DNA of 54,169 nucleotides. Origin: Rhizaria sp. SCN 62-66. Taxonomy: Eukaryota. Under the pieces are notes generated by a model. It had not been told where the DNA came from. It made no database searches and worked only from the letters and a program-made list of their open reading frames with translations. The stretch covers positions 1-54,169 of the forward strand of contig MEDY01000192.1 of NCBI GenBank assembly GCA_001724265.1, given 5' to 3'. Numbering within the stretch: position 1 is the stretch's first letter; every line of letters begins with the position of its first letter. Made by a program: the position numbers and the translations under genes. Positions 11,301-24,436 of the stretch are shown here, piece by piece.

Positions 11301-14300
11301 CGACGGTGGGCGGCACGGTCGCGGGCTTGGCCTCGAGCAGCGCCGCAACGTCGTCGAGCGCGAAGACGCGTGCGTTTCCGCTGGCAGACACCACGAGCAG
11401 GTGCGTGTCGCGGGTAAGAGACGCCGCGGCGGCCACGGCGGCGGTCGCCGACACAGCGCCAGATCTAGCACCCGCGCCTGCGCCCGCACCCGTGCCCGCG
11501 CCCGCGCGCGCACCGCTGCTGTTGCTGTTAGACTTCGCAGCGGAGTGGAGCGCAGGGCCTGAGCCAGAGGCAGGAACGGTGTGGCGCGGGCAGACGGCAA
11601 AACGCGCGGCGTCGGGCGAGGGCGCAAAGCGCATCAGGGGGGGCTGCGGCTCAGTCTTCTTCTCGCCCTTGCCGCCAGACACGGCTGCGGCGGAGGCCGC
11701 GGCGGCAGCGGCGGCGGCTGCGGCGGCAGCGGCAGCGGCGGCGGAACCCGCTCCCGTGGCCGCGGCTGCTGCTGCTGCTGCGGCTGCTGCTGCAGCGGCG
11801 GAGGCAGCAGCAGCGGCGGCAGCAGCGGCGGCGCCCGTGCCGGTGCCTGCAGAAGGGTCGGTGACGCTGGTGTCGGGCTCACCGCCGACAGAGGCGAGGA
11901 TGGCCATGTTGGTCACGGCGTCGGGCGCGGCGCGCGCGAGCGTGTGCAGCAGCGTGAGCGAGCCCGTGACGTAGCGCAGCACGTGGATGTCACCGTCGTC
12001 AGTGCCCGCAAAGAGCAGCGTCACAGTGTCGCCGGCACCAGCGGTCGCGGAGACCGACGCAGCCGCGGAGGCGGAGGTCGCTGTCCCGCCGATGTGGCTT
12101 ACACTCGCGTTGTTGGCGCTGGCATTACCGTTTGCGTTGGCGGGGGCAGCGGGGAGACGGAGGGACGCAAACAGCATGCTCGTGACCGACGCAGCGCCAG
12201 GCGAGACGGCCAGGACTGACGACTGAGCGCCGCCAGTGCTGCCGATACTAATGCTGCCCGCGCCACCAGCAGCCACACTGCCAGCGGTCGCGTTGCTGGC
12301 GCCGTTCGCAGACTGGGCCGCGCAGTCGCCAGCAGCAACGCCAGCGCTAGCGCTACTATTGCTGTTACTGTTCGCGTTCGCAGCAGCGGAGCCGGAGGTA
12401 ACAGTCGTGAGCATCGGCGGCGCAAGCCCAGCGCTACTGCCCGCGCCCACACTGCCAGTGCTGTTGCTGTTCGCAGCCGCAGCAGCGCTGAGCGGGTCAC
12501 CGGGCAGCCAAGGGCACTTGGCCGTGCGCGCGCGCCCTGGCGCCGCGGCGACACGAGCCATGCGCGCGCCGCGCACGACGGCCTCGGCCTCCGCGGGCGT
12601 GAGAGAAGGCGGGAGCGCGATTGAGGCGATAACGCGCGTGGATTCTTGGTTCCACAGCACGACCTCGCCGGAGCTGGTGCCCGTGGCGAGCGCGGAGCCC
12701 AGCGCGGCGACCGAGGTGATGTCGACGCCGGGCGCCAGACGCGCGTGCTCGAAGGGCTGCGCGGTGGCGGGCGCGCTGGGGTCAGGCCAGCGCAGCACGG
12801 GGAGGTCCCAGCCCGTGCCCACGAGCGTGTGGTCCGTGCGCGGCAGGTGCAGCAGCGCAGCAACCTCCTTGTTGTTGATGGGTACGTAGTCGTGGACGAG
12901 CCCGCCGTTGTGGATGTTCCACATGCACACGCAGCCGGAGCGGAAACCCGTGATCAAACGCCGTCCGCGCACGTCGACGCACACCGCGGTGACCGGGGAG
13001 CCGCCGCGCGAGCCGTTGCCGCCGCCAGCGCCGGAGCCGCCGCCGGAGCTGCGCGAGACCACGACGGCGCTCGTGCCAACAGAGGCCGAGGCAGAGCCGG
13101 CGCCCGCGGAGGTGGCCGCGCCCGACGCGCCGCTGCGCCCGTCACCGCCCTGTTGCGGCGGCGCTGCGGTGAACTCAAACACCGCGCGGCCCGTCTCGAG
13201 CGACCACAAGTGCACGACGCCGTCCGCGCCGACCGAGAGCAGCTGGTTAAACAGCGGCGAGTGGCCGAGCCCGACGACGAGCGACGCGTGCGCAGGGAAC
13301 CCCGTGCGCGCGCGGTTGCCTGGCGCGACTTGCGTGGGCCAGAGGCGGAAGCGCGGGCCGGCAGTGATGAGCCGTTGGTTCTCGTAGTCAAACGCAGCAG
13401 ACGTGACTGCGTTGACGGGCGCGTAGTCATGCGAGTCGACCGACACGGAGAGACAGCGCATGGTGCGGATGTCAAACACGCGGGTGCGCTTGTCGGCGCA
13501 CACGGCGAGCAACTGGTGGCACGGCTCGTTGGCGATGACTTGCACGACGCGCGACCCCGTGGGCAGCGAGCCGACAGTGGTGCCCAAGTGCGGATCCCAC
13601 AACGAGATGTGGTTGCTGAAGCCGACGGACGCGATCAGACGCCGCGTCGCCGCAAACGTGTAGATCCCCTTGCGGTGCCCGCCGCTGCCGCCGCTGCCGC
13701 CACCCGGCGCCGCCGCGTGGGGCTGCGCCCCAGCGCGCGCGAGGCCGCCGGCGCCGCCGCCGAGGATGCTGGGCAGACCCGCGGCCGCGGCGGCCGCAGC
13801 GGAGGGCGAGGCGGAGCCGCTGGACCCGGGTCCGTTAGAAAGCCCAGATGCCGCGTAACCCGACCCCATGCCGAGCCCCGTGCTGTTGCTGTTCAGCCCG
13901 CCGCCGTGGCCGTAGCTATTCGCGTTCATGTTCGCGTTGGCAGTGCTGGCGTTGGCGCCGAGAAAGCGGATGCCTTCGCCGAGGCGGTGCACCGGCGCAA
14001 CAGCGAGCAGCCCGTCAGTGCCGCACGACACGAACGCGGCCAGGTGCGGGACGTACTGGATCTTGCTGATGACGTGGCCGGGGTGCGGCGCGTACGACAG
14101 AAGCTGGTGGCCCGCCAGACCGGGCGCGGCCAGCGGTTCGTTGTACAGAGACGCCAGCAAACCGCGACCGCCCTCGTTGTTGACGTAGCCGGCGCCGACG
14201 ATCGCGCTGTTGTTGCTGTAGTAGCTGCTGCTGCCGCTGCCCGGAGCAAAGGCGGCCGCGGACGAAAGCACGCCAACGTCATCACCGTCAGCGGCGGCCA

Positions 14301-17300
14301 GAGTGCGTCGGTAGTACGACACGAACGAGCCGACGCCCGTGGTGTCGTTGCGCTCGTCCTCGTCCACGTCCGGACCAAGCCCGCTGGCGCCGCCGAGCCG
14401 GCCTGCGCTGGCAGCGGCGTCGGGCGCGCTGCCAATGGCGCTGCCGCCGAGGCCCTGCGCAAACAGTCCCGCGCTGCCGTTGCTGATCGACAGCGCGGTA
14501 TTCCGCCCACCGGCGCTCGCGCCAGCGCCGCTGAGCGCGGCGGCGTTGGCGCTGGCGCTGTTGGTGATGACAGGCACTGCGCTAGTATGCGCGGGCGCGC
14601 ACGGCAGTCCGCGCGACGCGAGGCCGTACACAGTCACCGTGCCAGTCACGTCGCCCGCTATGAGCGCGTTGTCGACCGTGTCGAGCGCGACTGTGAGCTG
14701 CGGCGTTGTGAACAGATCCGTCAAGTGGCACCCAGTGCCGGCGCGCGGGCCTGACGTGGGGCCGTGCGAGAACAGATACGTGAAGCGGTTTTGACCGGCG
14801 ACGACGATCTGCCGCCCGCTGCGCCAGTAGCACAGCGCGGAGTGCGGCAAACCAGGCGGGCGCGCGGAGGACCGGCCGCCGCCTCTCGACTGCCCGCGGT
14901 GCCCGCGGTGGCTGCCGCGGCCGGAGGTGGAAGCGCGAGACTCGATGTCACTGCCGCTGTCGCTGTTGCTGTGGCCGTTGGTGTTTTGCGCATCGCCGTC
15001 GCCGTCGCCGTAGTAGCCGAGGCTGTTGTGTGCGCCGTCGTTGTTGTCGTTCTCGCTGTTGTCACTGCCAGCGTTGCCATCGTCGCTCTTTCCGACGAAT
15101 CCACGAGCCTTGCTACTGTTGCTGTTGCTGCTACTGTTGGGACCGCGGAATGCACTGGGCAACGCCGCCGCCGCGGTGGCGGATAGGCGCGCGCGCCCGG
15201 GATCGACGACGCGGCCGCGGCGGAACGTGGGCTCGCCACGGCCCTTCGACGAGTGAACACCCTTAGTCGACGACAACGAGGAGGAACCCTTAGATCGCGC
15301 CGCGCCGCCCTTGGACCGCGCCGTCTCAGCGCCAGAGGCCGTCATACGCGCAGTCTTACCGGCATCGCCGTCGTCGCCACTGCTATAATTGTTCGTAAAC
15401 TCACTGTCGCTACCGTTGTTGTTGCTATTGTAGTAGCCGTCATGGTCTGAGCCCGCGCCGCCCGAGTCAGATCCGCTTTCATAGCCGCCCCAGCGCGTGC
15501 GCCGGCCGCGCGGCGCCGACGTCCCGGCGCTCAGCGCCGCCGCCGCGCGCGCCGCGGCCGCCGCCGCGCCGCTGCCACCGCCGCCGCTGCCGGTGTGGTA
15601 CGCACTCGCGGCCGGCGGGGGCGCACCGCGCTGCAGTCCGAGCGCGGTCTCCCGCGCGCGCGCAAGCACGACGGCGCGCAGATCGTCCACGGTGACGCCG
15701 CGCGCGCTGCTGCTGCTGGCCGTGGCGCCACCCGTGGAGCCAGGGTCGGAGAGCAGCGCGCGCGGGCCAATCAACGCTGCGGCGGCGTCGACCAGGGACG
15801 CAGCGGCGCGGCCGCCGCCGCTTGCGTTGCCGTTGCCGCCGAGGCCCGCGCCGGCGCCGTTGCCGGCCGCGAAGTGGTGCGCGCCGGCGCCGCGAGCGCT
15901 GCTAGTGCCGCCGCTGCCGCCGCCGCTGCTGCCAGGGCCGCCGCCGCGCCCGCGCGCCGCCGCGACGGCCGCCGCGCGCGCCGATGCGCCGCCGAGGTGG
16001 GCGTAGCGCGGGCGCGAGTACGACGCCGAGGCGAGCGAGCCAGCGGCAGCGGCGGCGGCGGCGGCGGCGGAGGACGACGCCGAGGACTGCTGCAGCAAGT
16101 ACTGGCTACCGTCGTAGGTGTTGCTGGCGCTCGCCGCGCCAGAGCCGGCGCCGGTCGTGGCCGTGCCCGCGGTGGGAAACGCGGACCGCAGTACGGCCTG
16201 CGCGGCGGCGGAGGACGACGGCAGCGCCGCGGCGGTCGCAAGAGTGGGGCCCTTGCGGCGGCCGCGGCTGGAGAAGCCGCCGCTGATCGAAGACAGCGCT
16301 TTGGGGTTGTTCGCGTTCGCATTATTCAGGCTGTTACTGTTGTTGATAGAGGGCAGGGCAAGGAGGTCGTACTCGCTCAGATGCTCGTCGATCTGGCTCT
16401 GCTCCAGTGCCGCCGCGGCCGCCGCAGCCGCGCCACCGGCGCCCGTGTTGGCGTTGCCGTCGCCGTCGTCATCGCTGTCGCCAGCTGTCGGCACGGCGCT
16501 GCTCCAACGCGCCTTGCGCCCGCGCCGCCCGCTGCCCGCACCGCCGCCGGCGTTGACGAGTGCGCCACCGCCGCCGCCGAGCCCGCCCGCGAGGGAGAAC
16601 TGCGCGATAGCCTGGCCGGCCGCGGTGACGGCGTGCTGTGACGCGCTCGACGACGCCCCCGCGCCGCTGCCGCTGCCGCCCGTGCCGGCGACGGCGGCAG
16701 TCGCAGCGGCGTAGGTCTGCGCGAGATCGGCCAGTCCATGCACCGGCAGCGTGGTCGCGTAGACGGCCGAAGCAGGGCCGGGCACGGTGTGCCAGAGGTG
16801 GATGTTGTGGTCAGAAGTCGAGAAGAGATACAGCGCGCCGGCGGCACCAGGCGCGCGCGCGACGGAGCCTGCGGGTGTAGTGAGTGAGCCCACGGTCGGG
16901 CCGACACCGATGCTGCCGCCGGCGTTGACTGCGGACGCGTTGGGCGCGGCGGCCGTCGCAGCGGCAGCGGCCGCGGACGCCAGACTCGCGCCGCCAGCGC
17001 TACCGCCAGCAGTCGCCGGCGCGGCCGCAGTCGCGGGCGTGCCGCCGCTCGCACCAGCTGCGGATGCGCCGCTGCCACTGCTGCTGTTGCTGGCGCCAGC
17101 GGAGGTGCCACCGATAGCCTGCGTGATCGCAAGCGCGGCGACGTCTGCAGTGAGGCCCGTGACGGTGGCCGGCAGCGCAGCGAGCGAGCCGGGCGCAGCT
17201 GCAGCAGCGCCGGCGCCAGCGGCCCCGTGGCTGCCAGTGCCCGCGGCCGCGTTGGCGGCGCCTGTGTCCGTGGACGGCACGACGAGCACACGCGTGATGA

Positions 17301-18963
17301 CGCCGCCGCCGCCGCGCCGGTCCGCGCGCTGCGGCGGGCGCGGGTCCTCGCGCAGTGAAAATGCGCCGCGCGCCGACACGCGCTGTGCTTCGAAGGCGAC
17401 TTCACGGTGCACGAAGGACAGGTACTCGATCCAGGTGAGGGAGCCGTCGTCGTTGGCGTCGATCTTGAGAAACAGCGCGTCCAAGTCCTCCGGCGGCATC
17501 GATAACAGCGAAGACAGGAGCGCAGTGAACTCGGGCCGGCGCAGACCGCTGTCGCGCGGACGGCGCTGCCAGATCCGGCCCAGGTCCGAGAGGGACTCGA
17601 TCACGCTCAGGTGGTTGTTGCTGTTGACGTTGCCTCCGCTGCCACTGTTAGTATTGCTATTACTGCCAGTGGTCGCAATGAGAGCCTTGGAGTCGCTCGA
17701 CGCGTTCGCCGTGTTGCTGTCGCCACTGGAACCGTAGGACGAAGAGGGCAGGAACGCGGCCGCAGCGGCCTCCGCAGCCGCAGCGATCGCAGCAGTGTCG
17801 CTGCCGCCGTCACCGTAAGCACTCGCCCCTGCGGACGCGTTGTTGCTGTTGAAGCTGCTGCTCTCGAACAAAGCCAGTTCGCTGTTGGCACCGTGCGCGG
17901 GGATGGCAATGCCGTCTGCGGCGGCGAGGGCGGCGGCCTCTTCCTCGGCCGCAGCGGCCGCGGCGCCCGCAGCCGCTGTCGCAGCAGCGCCTTTCTTTTT
18001 CCCAGCCCGCCCGTGACCGTGACCGCGGCCGTTACCGAGGCTGTTGCCGTGGTTGCTGCCGTGTTGGGCAGCGTCGGCGGCGCTGTAGTTGCCGGGGCCG
18101 AGCGCCAGCGCACGCTGCCGCGCGCGTTTCGCCGCGATTGCAGCGCCGGCGTTGCGGAGCTATGCGATTTGGATCGCCATCGCACTCGGAGCAGCCGCCG
18201 CAGCAGAAACCGCGGTTGTATTCGGCGCCGCGGTGGCGCCGGCGCCCGGAGTCAAGGGCTGCAGCTGCGACGGCTGCCGCTGCAGCTGCTGCTGTGGATT
18301 GGCGGCGTTGACGTTGATGTCGCTGCCGTCCTGGTGCTTGCGGATGGCGCGGTGGGCGTCGACGAGCGAGGTTTTGCTGTGTGAAGCGAGGAGTTTGACG
18401 CCGTGCCATGCGGCCCACACGCGCTCGGACGCGCCGGAGCCCGTGAGGCCGTACTGCGCGAGCGCGACGGCGCGCGGGTCACGCTCAGCCTGTGCAGCAG
18501 CTGTTTCTGACGCAGCCGTTGCAGCTCCGGTCGAGGCGAGACGCTGCGAGCCCTGCAGCTCGCCAGACGCAGAGAACGAGCCCGCGGGCGCCGCAACGCT
18601 GCTGGGCAACAACGCGGGGTTCGCCGGGTACTGCTGCGACTGGCCGTACGAAGCTTGAGACGCGTGCGAAGGGTTTGACGAGTGGAGCGCGGTGCGCAGC
18701 ATCTGCGCCCACTGGTTTGGCGACTGGCGCGCGGGGATGTCGCGGCCGAGCATCGCGGCCATGCGCTGCGGAAGAGACTCGCGCCGGGCCGCGTCGGACG
18801 TCATAAACGAGCCTGATGAGCCCGCGCTGTGGGCCGTGGCGCTGCTGCTCGAGCTAGCGCTTGCTGAGGCAGCGGGGTCTAGTGGGGGAATGATTGGGGA
18901 GAGCAGCGACGGGGACGGCGAGCCCGAGTGGCTCCGGGAAGAGTCCGCCGGCGCGCGACTCAT
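8347..18963 (-). CDS. giant EF-hand + WD40 protein (CFAP337/WDR49/WDR64/EFCAB8-like), 3538 codons including one in-frame TAG at 18160-18162
   Basis: EF-hand LDALFLKIDANDDGSLTWIEYLSF; WD40 repeats GHRKGIYTF...IASVGFSNHISLWDP, QLLAVCADKRTRVFDIRTMRCL, RRLITGFRSGCVCMWN. ORFs 18160-18963 and 8347-17871 are in the same frame, and I translated the gap (LRNAGAAIAAK...NSELALFESS) stop-free. Terminal stop is TGA. Confidence 0.8.
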
Positions 18964-20336
18964 AGAGACGCGTGAGAGAGCGTCGCCGAGGTCGGCGGCT
19001 TTGGGGAGTGTGACGGAAAGGGAGGAGACGGTGGGAGAAGTGGAGTTGGCTGTTACTCGCTTGGCAACTGAACGAGGTTTGAAATCAGGTGAAAATCGGA
19101 GTGAGATAAGAGTATATAAAAATGTTATTAAGTGTGTGTGTACAAGTAATACATAATAATATCATAGTAAAAAGGAATTTTAACTGACAGCTATTTGAGC
19201 GTGGTGTTTCGACGAAAAGTGAGGTGTCCTTAGGTCTTGGGAGACCCAGTTGGCCATCGCAGCGAAGAACCGCTGAATACAAGGCACAGCCCATTTCTCA
19301 AGTCACTTTGAGCTTATCTGATCATCAGTTGCGATATAGACATCACAAGTAGAGTTACTACGTTTATTCAGACCTGCACCGAAAATATTATTTCATCAAG
19401 TGCTTTTTGTCGCGACAATCCTGACCCAAGTGTGAACATCTAGCAGGTGTATTGAGAGAGCTTGCGCATTATCTCCCCGCCCTGTTGCACGCGCACCGTG
19501 CTATCAGAGCAAATAGAAACACGAACAGCACCGCACGCAGCGCACAGAGAGAGAGAAAACAGGACAACAACGTCGCCCTGACTAATGACAGCGTTTAAGA
19601 GCGTATATACTTAGCAAATCTAAGCCATTTCACGCCAGACGCACAGCGCACCCCCGGGTTAGCTGAGGCCACAACAAAGAAGAAAAGAGAAAGGAAAGAG
19701 TGATAGAGTAGAGAGTGAATGTGTGTGTGTGTGCGTGCGCGGAGCTGGTTGTTGTTGCCGTACATGACAGATTTCGTGTTGCGAGTTTCGATGAAACAGA
19801 TAACAACATGAACGCAGTACCATGCACGCACACACAGATTGAAAACAAACGTAAACTAAAAAAAGCAAAAAAAAGAGAAGAGGCAGTACCACTATTAATT
19901 CTGTAGCTGTCTTACGTACGTCCCACGTAGAAAAATAGCAAGCTATCTGAGTTAGTTAGTACCGCAACAACGAAACTACAGCAAAATAGATGAAAAACAA
20001 ACACAGAGCAAAACCAAACAACAACAAAAACAAATTGAGCCACCATAAACCATGTTATGTTAGCAGTCCGAATCCGCTTAGACCAGAGCTAGAACTACAA
20101 ACAAAGGATGACTATTCTAATGAAAGACTCGAGCGTCTGTGCGTGTGTGCGTAGCCGTGACAGGCATAAATAATAAAGTCACGACTTTTGTGTGAGAAAG
20201 AAAGAAAGAAAAGCGAAAAACACATACAGCCTCAAATCCGTAGATGTCATCCTTTATAACCGTTCATATTTGATGCGTTGCACCCACACGCACTTACATC
20301 GCACGTAAGCAAGCATCAAGTACTTAGACTAGGTCC

Positions 20337-21278
20337 TTAGTCGAGCTTCTTAGACGCGCCGCCCGCCTTGCCGCCAACCACAGGCACGGGAGAAATGGGC
20401 GAGCCCGCGCCCGAGGGCGTGGCGTGCGGGTAACTGCGCTCACTCTGCTTCACAGCATCCTTGGTGGAGCCGGTGGCGGCGGCGGGAGTGCGGGGCTTCT
20501 TGCAGATGTACTGCTCAGCGAAGAAGCGGATGAAGAAGAGCAAGTAAACAGGGACGAAGAGGTAAGGAACGAGGTAAGCGAACGGCTCGCGCTGGAGGAA
20601 ATCCGAGTAGGCGGCGCAGTTGCGGGAGACCTCTGACCAGATGAAGGTGCCGGTCATCAGCTGGATGATCTGCGCACCAGTGATGAGCGGGCGGACAAAC
20701 ATCGGGAGACGGAAGGCGTAGTGGTAGTACATCAGCGAGTGGACAAAGCCGTTGAGCAGCAGGCCGACCTTGTTCGCGCCGGGGGTCGCGGCGGTGTGAA
20801 GGAAGCAGAACACGGTTGTCGCGTGGTGATAGCAGTGCAGGAAGCCGATCTTCTGCAGCGATTGCCCGCGCCAGATGAGGATCGCGGTGTCGAGCCACTC
20901 CCAGATCTTGCTCACGGTGAACGACAGCGACAGCAAGTGGTACCATCCGGGCAGCGGCTTGCAGAGGTACGACTGGTAGTCGGAGATCTCGCCCGATGAG
21001 ACCATGTGGTACAGAGTGCCCACACACGCGAGCGTTGAGTAGAGGAACAGACCGATGTAGTGGTACTTGGAGATGACGGCGAGAACCTCCTTCGAGGGCT
21101 TAATGGCCGGAAAAAGCACGTAGATGCAGAAGAGGTACGCGACGGTGGTGCCGAAAGTGGCGAGGTAAGGGAACCATCCGCCCCAGTGGATCGTGGTGTT
21201 GAAGTACGGCAGGTCGGTGATGAGACCCTCGGCCAGCGTGAACGTGTACCGGGGAGCGTCCACCAGCACAGACGACAT
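20337..21278 (-). CDS. fatty acid elongase (ELO/GNS1/SUR4 family)
   Basis: Motifs KIWEWLDT, FLHCYHH (HxxHH box), NGFVHSLMYYHY and ITGAQIIQ; several hydrophobic segments; C-terminal KKLD ER-retrieval motif. Intronless, stop TAA. Confidence 0.93.
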   Translation of the reverse strand: MSSVLVDAPRYTFTLAEGLITDLPYFNTTIHWGGWFPYLATFGTTVAYLFCIYVLFPAIKPSKEVLAVISKYHYIGLFLYSTLACVGTLYHMVSSGEISDYQSYLCKPLPGWYHLLSLSFTVSKIWEWLDTAILIWRGQSLQKIGFLHCYHHATTVFCFLHTAATPGANKVGLLLNGFVHSLMYYHYAFRLPMFVRPLITGAQIIQLMTGTFIWSEVSRNCAAYSDFLQREPFAYLVPYLFVPVYLLFFIRFFAEQYICKKPRTPAAATGSTKDAVKQSERSYPHATPSGAGSPISPVPVVGGKAGGASKKLD

Positions 21279-22537
21279 GTCAGCGACTGTTAAAGGCGAA
21301 CGTAGGGCGCGAAGCAAGAGGGCGGAAAAGCAGAGCGTGGGAGAGAGGGTGTGAGAGAGCGGCGGTTAGAAATAAGAGCGGTGACGCTGTTCCGAGATTC
21401 TAGAGAGAGGTGGCGTCAGAAATTCGTTCCGAACGATTTAGCGCACAGAAGGCGACGCGAGCGCAGCGTAAAAAGAAGGTGAATAAAAACGATTGCACAA
21501 AAGGTGCGCAAATCTAACGATGAATATGTGCTTTCGGCGTTTAAGAAGGCATGACATGGCTTGAGAGCGGAAAGAATAGTCGCGTGCGTTAGCGGCGTGG
21601 GTCAGCAGCTCGGCACACTTCTGTGCTGTATCTTATGCGTTGATTGCGCCGGCGTTTTTGCAACACAAAAAACGCAACAGAAAAAGTACTGAAGTGCGCT
21701 TCGCAACGCAATATCCAAGCATACACAGCGCAGGCTTGCCGGAAGCGAACTGAGAGCGTGACCCGCAAGATTGGAGGGGGATCGGCGGGCAACAGGCTTC
21801 AGAGCCGTGAATCTTACACATTTAGTGCTAGATTAAACAAAAATAGCTACTCGCGCCATCGGGCTACCGTTAAGAGCCTAAACTTTTCCATTATACGATG
21901 TCTTTTACGCAACCAAGCATTCCGAATGCGATGCCTGCGGACTCCACGCTAGGGGTTGCGGCCAGACCTCAAATACTAAAGACGGCTTATGCGGTTGAAA
22001 TTGTCACGGCACCAATCAAACGGCATTATAACTCAAAGGCCACAGAAACTTGCATGTGATGATGCAGATTTAACGCCAAAAAATGTGCGTATATTGTAAA
22101 ATTTGATGTTTATGGGTTCGGACTCAATTCCCGTCACTTTGCCCAGACGATTTTTTGCGAACCGGTCTCGCGCCGAAATTGACCGAATTGATTTGGGTCG
22201 GCCGTGGCTGACATCAAAACAGGTCTATCAGCGCTCAAAGGCTTCGACAGTTTAAATACTACGCACATATTGGCATTTTCTGGCATATATTTCTCTTATT
22301 CCGTTTAATTATGCTCTCTGGATCGACAGTCTTCCCCCAGTACACGTCATTGCCCGCTCACCCTTTCCACCCGTTGTTGCATTTCGTTGCCGCCATCTTT
22401 CACCCACGCCCGCGTCTTCAGCCTGCTCTGCTACGACTCAGCGCTTGAGCACCCGGTTAAAACTACTTGTATTTATCTTGTCGCACCGACAGCACCTGAT
22501 TCGCCTGACACCGCGCCGCGTGCACTCGTGATCTCCG

Positions 22538-23402
22538 ATGTCTCTGGTCGCGCTTCCGTCTGCCCAGTCCTCGGCCCTGGTCGCCTCCGCGGGCTCCGCG
22601 CTCTCAGCCACGCGCACCAGTACGCTCCCCGTGCCCACGCTGCACCTTGCGGGCCACTCCGGCGCCGTTAACGCCGCCGCATTTTCTCCCGACGGCACGT
22701 GGCTCGCCACGGGAGGCCAGGACTGCAACATCCTCCTCTGGGACCTCTCCCCCTCTACCAACCCTGCTACCGCGGCCGCGGCGGGCCCCTCGTCGTGCGT
22801 GAACACGGCCGTGCTGTCGGGGCACCGCGCGGACGTGCTGCAGCTTGCCTGGACGCCCGACTCGGCGCTCATCGCATCCGCCGCGGCCGACGGAGGCGCC
22901 TTTTGGGACGCCGAGACCGCGACTCGCGTTAAGCGGCTCCGGCACAGGCTCACGGTCACTTCTGTCGCCACTGCACGGTCGGGCCCCGCGATGGCGCTCA
23001 CAGGCAGCGACGACAAGACGGCCGCGCTCTGGGAGCCCCGTTGCAAGGAGGCAACTGCTGTGTTTAACTGCCCTTACCAGGTCACTGCTGTCGCACTCAC
23101 TCCGGATGTACGTCGCATATTTCTCTCTCGTATCAACGTTAATCAACAAAAGTATTCAGTTTAACACGATGCCATTTTTATTGCATTTTTAAATTTTTAG
23201 ATTTTATTGCGATTTACGTTGACCTTGATCTCTATATCTCACTTTCTATGTCACGCTTTTGTTGTTGTGATTCGCTTGGCGTATCGCAGGCTGCTTTTGC
23301 GTTCACGGGTGGTCTCGACGAGGTGATCCGCTGCTGGGACCCCCGCCGCACCGAAAAGCCCGTCTACACCCTCCAGGTACGTTCTTCAATCACTCAAACA
23401 AC

Positions 23403-23462
<60 letters not shown>

Positions 23463-23968
23463 ACCCTCTTAAACAACTACAATGCCTCTCGAATCTCACC
23501 ATATCAACTTCTCAACTTTGCGCATTTCTCGGTTTTCTATCTTTTTTTTTGTTGCTTTCACCACAGGGCCACACTGGCACGGTGACCGGCCTGTCCGTCT
23601 CCCCCGACGGCACGCTGTTGCTCTCCAACGGCTCGGAGGGTGCTTTGCGGACCTGGGACTGCCGGCCCTTTTGCCCCGGCGGCGTCACCGCGCGGCCCAT
23701 CGGCGCCTACGGCGGTCTGGTACACGACCCGGCCGCGGGCGCGCTGCTACGGTGCGCAGTGAGTCCCGACGGCGAGCGCTTCGTCGCCGGGTCAAGCGAC
23801 GGCGTGGTCAACGTGTGGGATCGGCAGAGCTACAAGCTCGTGCACCAGTTGGGCGGACACAAGGGCGCGGTCAACGACGTCGCGTGGCACCCCAAGATGC
23901 CTGTGCTGGCCTCCGCGAGCGATGACAAGAGCGTCATCCTCGGCGAGCTGCCCCTCACCGAGGACTGA
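22538..23968 (+). CDS. SNRNP40: U5 snRNP 40 kDa WD40 protein; exons 22538-23107, 23290-23376, 23567-23968
   Basis: RTSTLPVPTLHLAGH, PYQVTAV, TGGLDEVIRCWD, GHTGTVTGLSVSPDG.LLSN, WDCRPF, LLRCAVSPDG and ASDDKSVILGEL all match U5-40K. Two phase-0 GTACG...CAG introns. Stop is TGA. Confidence 0.9.
23404..23460 (+). repeat. (AAC)19 microsatellite in SNRNP40 intron 2
   Basis: Perfect AAC run read directly. Confidence 0.95.
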
Positions 23969-24436
23969 GTCCGGAGCTGATAGCGCTGGTATGATGACAA
24001 GGACTGACAGAGAAACATTCTGTTACTTTTGTGGGATATAGTGGACTGGTTCTTGAGTTGAACAGCTTCAAAGGAAGGCCACGTGATTTTAAATACACAC
24101 TGTTATTCTTTTATCCACTCAAGGTGACCAGAGGCAAATATTTGAGTGAGATATATTAGATGGAAGTGATTACACCACAAACGGTATGTGACGGCGCGGT
24201 TGGCTGGGTAGGCTGTGGGTAGGACTGTTCTGCGAGCCATTTTGTGATAACAATTTCGCGGTCTTTGCACCATCAGTAAAAACAACAACCTCTAAAGCAG
24301 AACAAACAGTTTATACTGTTCAAGTTTTTCTTTTTACTACCCCACCAGCGCTCTTCTCCGGGCTCTTCCGCGTCTATCTCCGCAGCCCTCTCGCCGCAGT
24401 CGTTCGCTGCATTCGCCCGTCATCCTCTCGGCCCTG

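Noticed and set aside
19052-19068. X-box-like GTTAC...GGCAAC upstream of the EF-hand/WD40 gene
   Set aside because: Half-site spacing does not fit the RFX consensus, and RFX presence in this lineage is unknown.
22105-22140. GGTTCG motif suggesting a tRNA T-arm (searched for a CUA suppressor tRNA)
   Set aside because: No cloverleaf or acceptor stem can be built. I found no tRNA in the window by eye.
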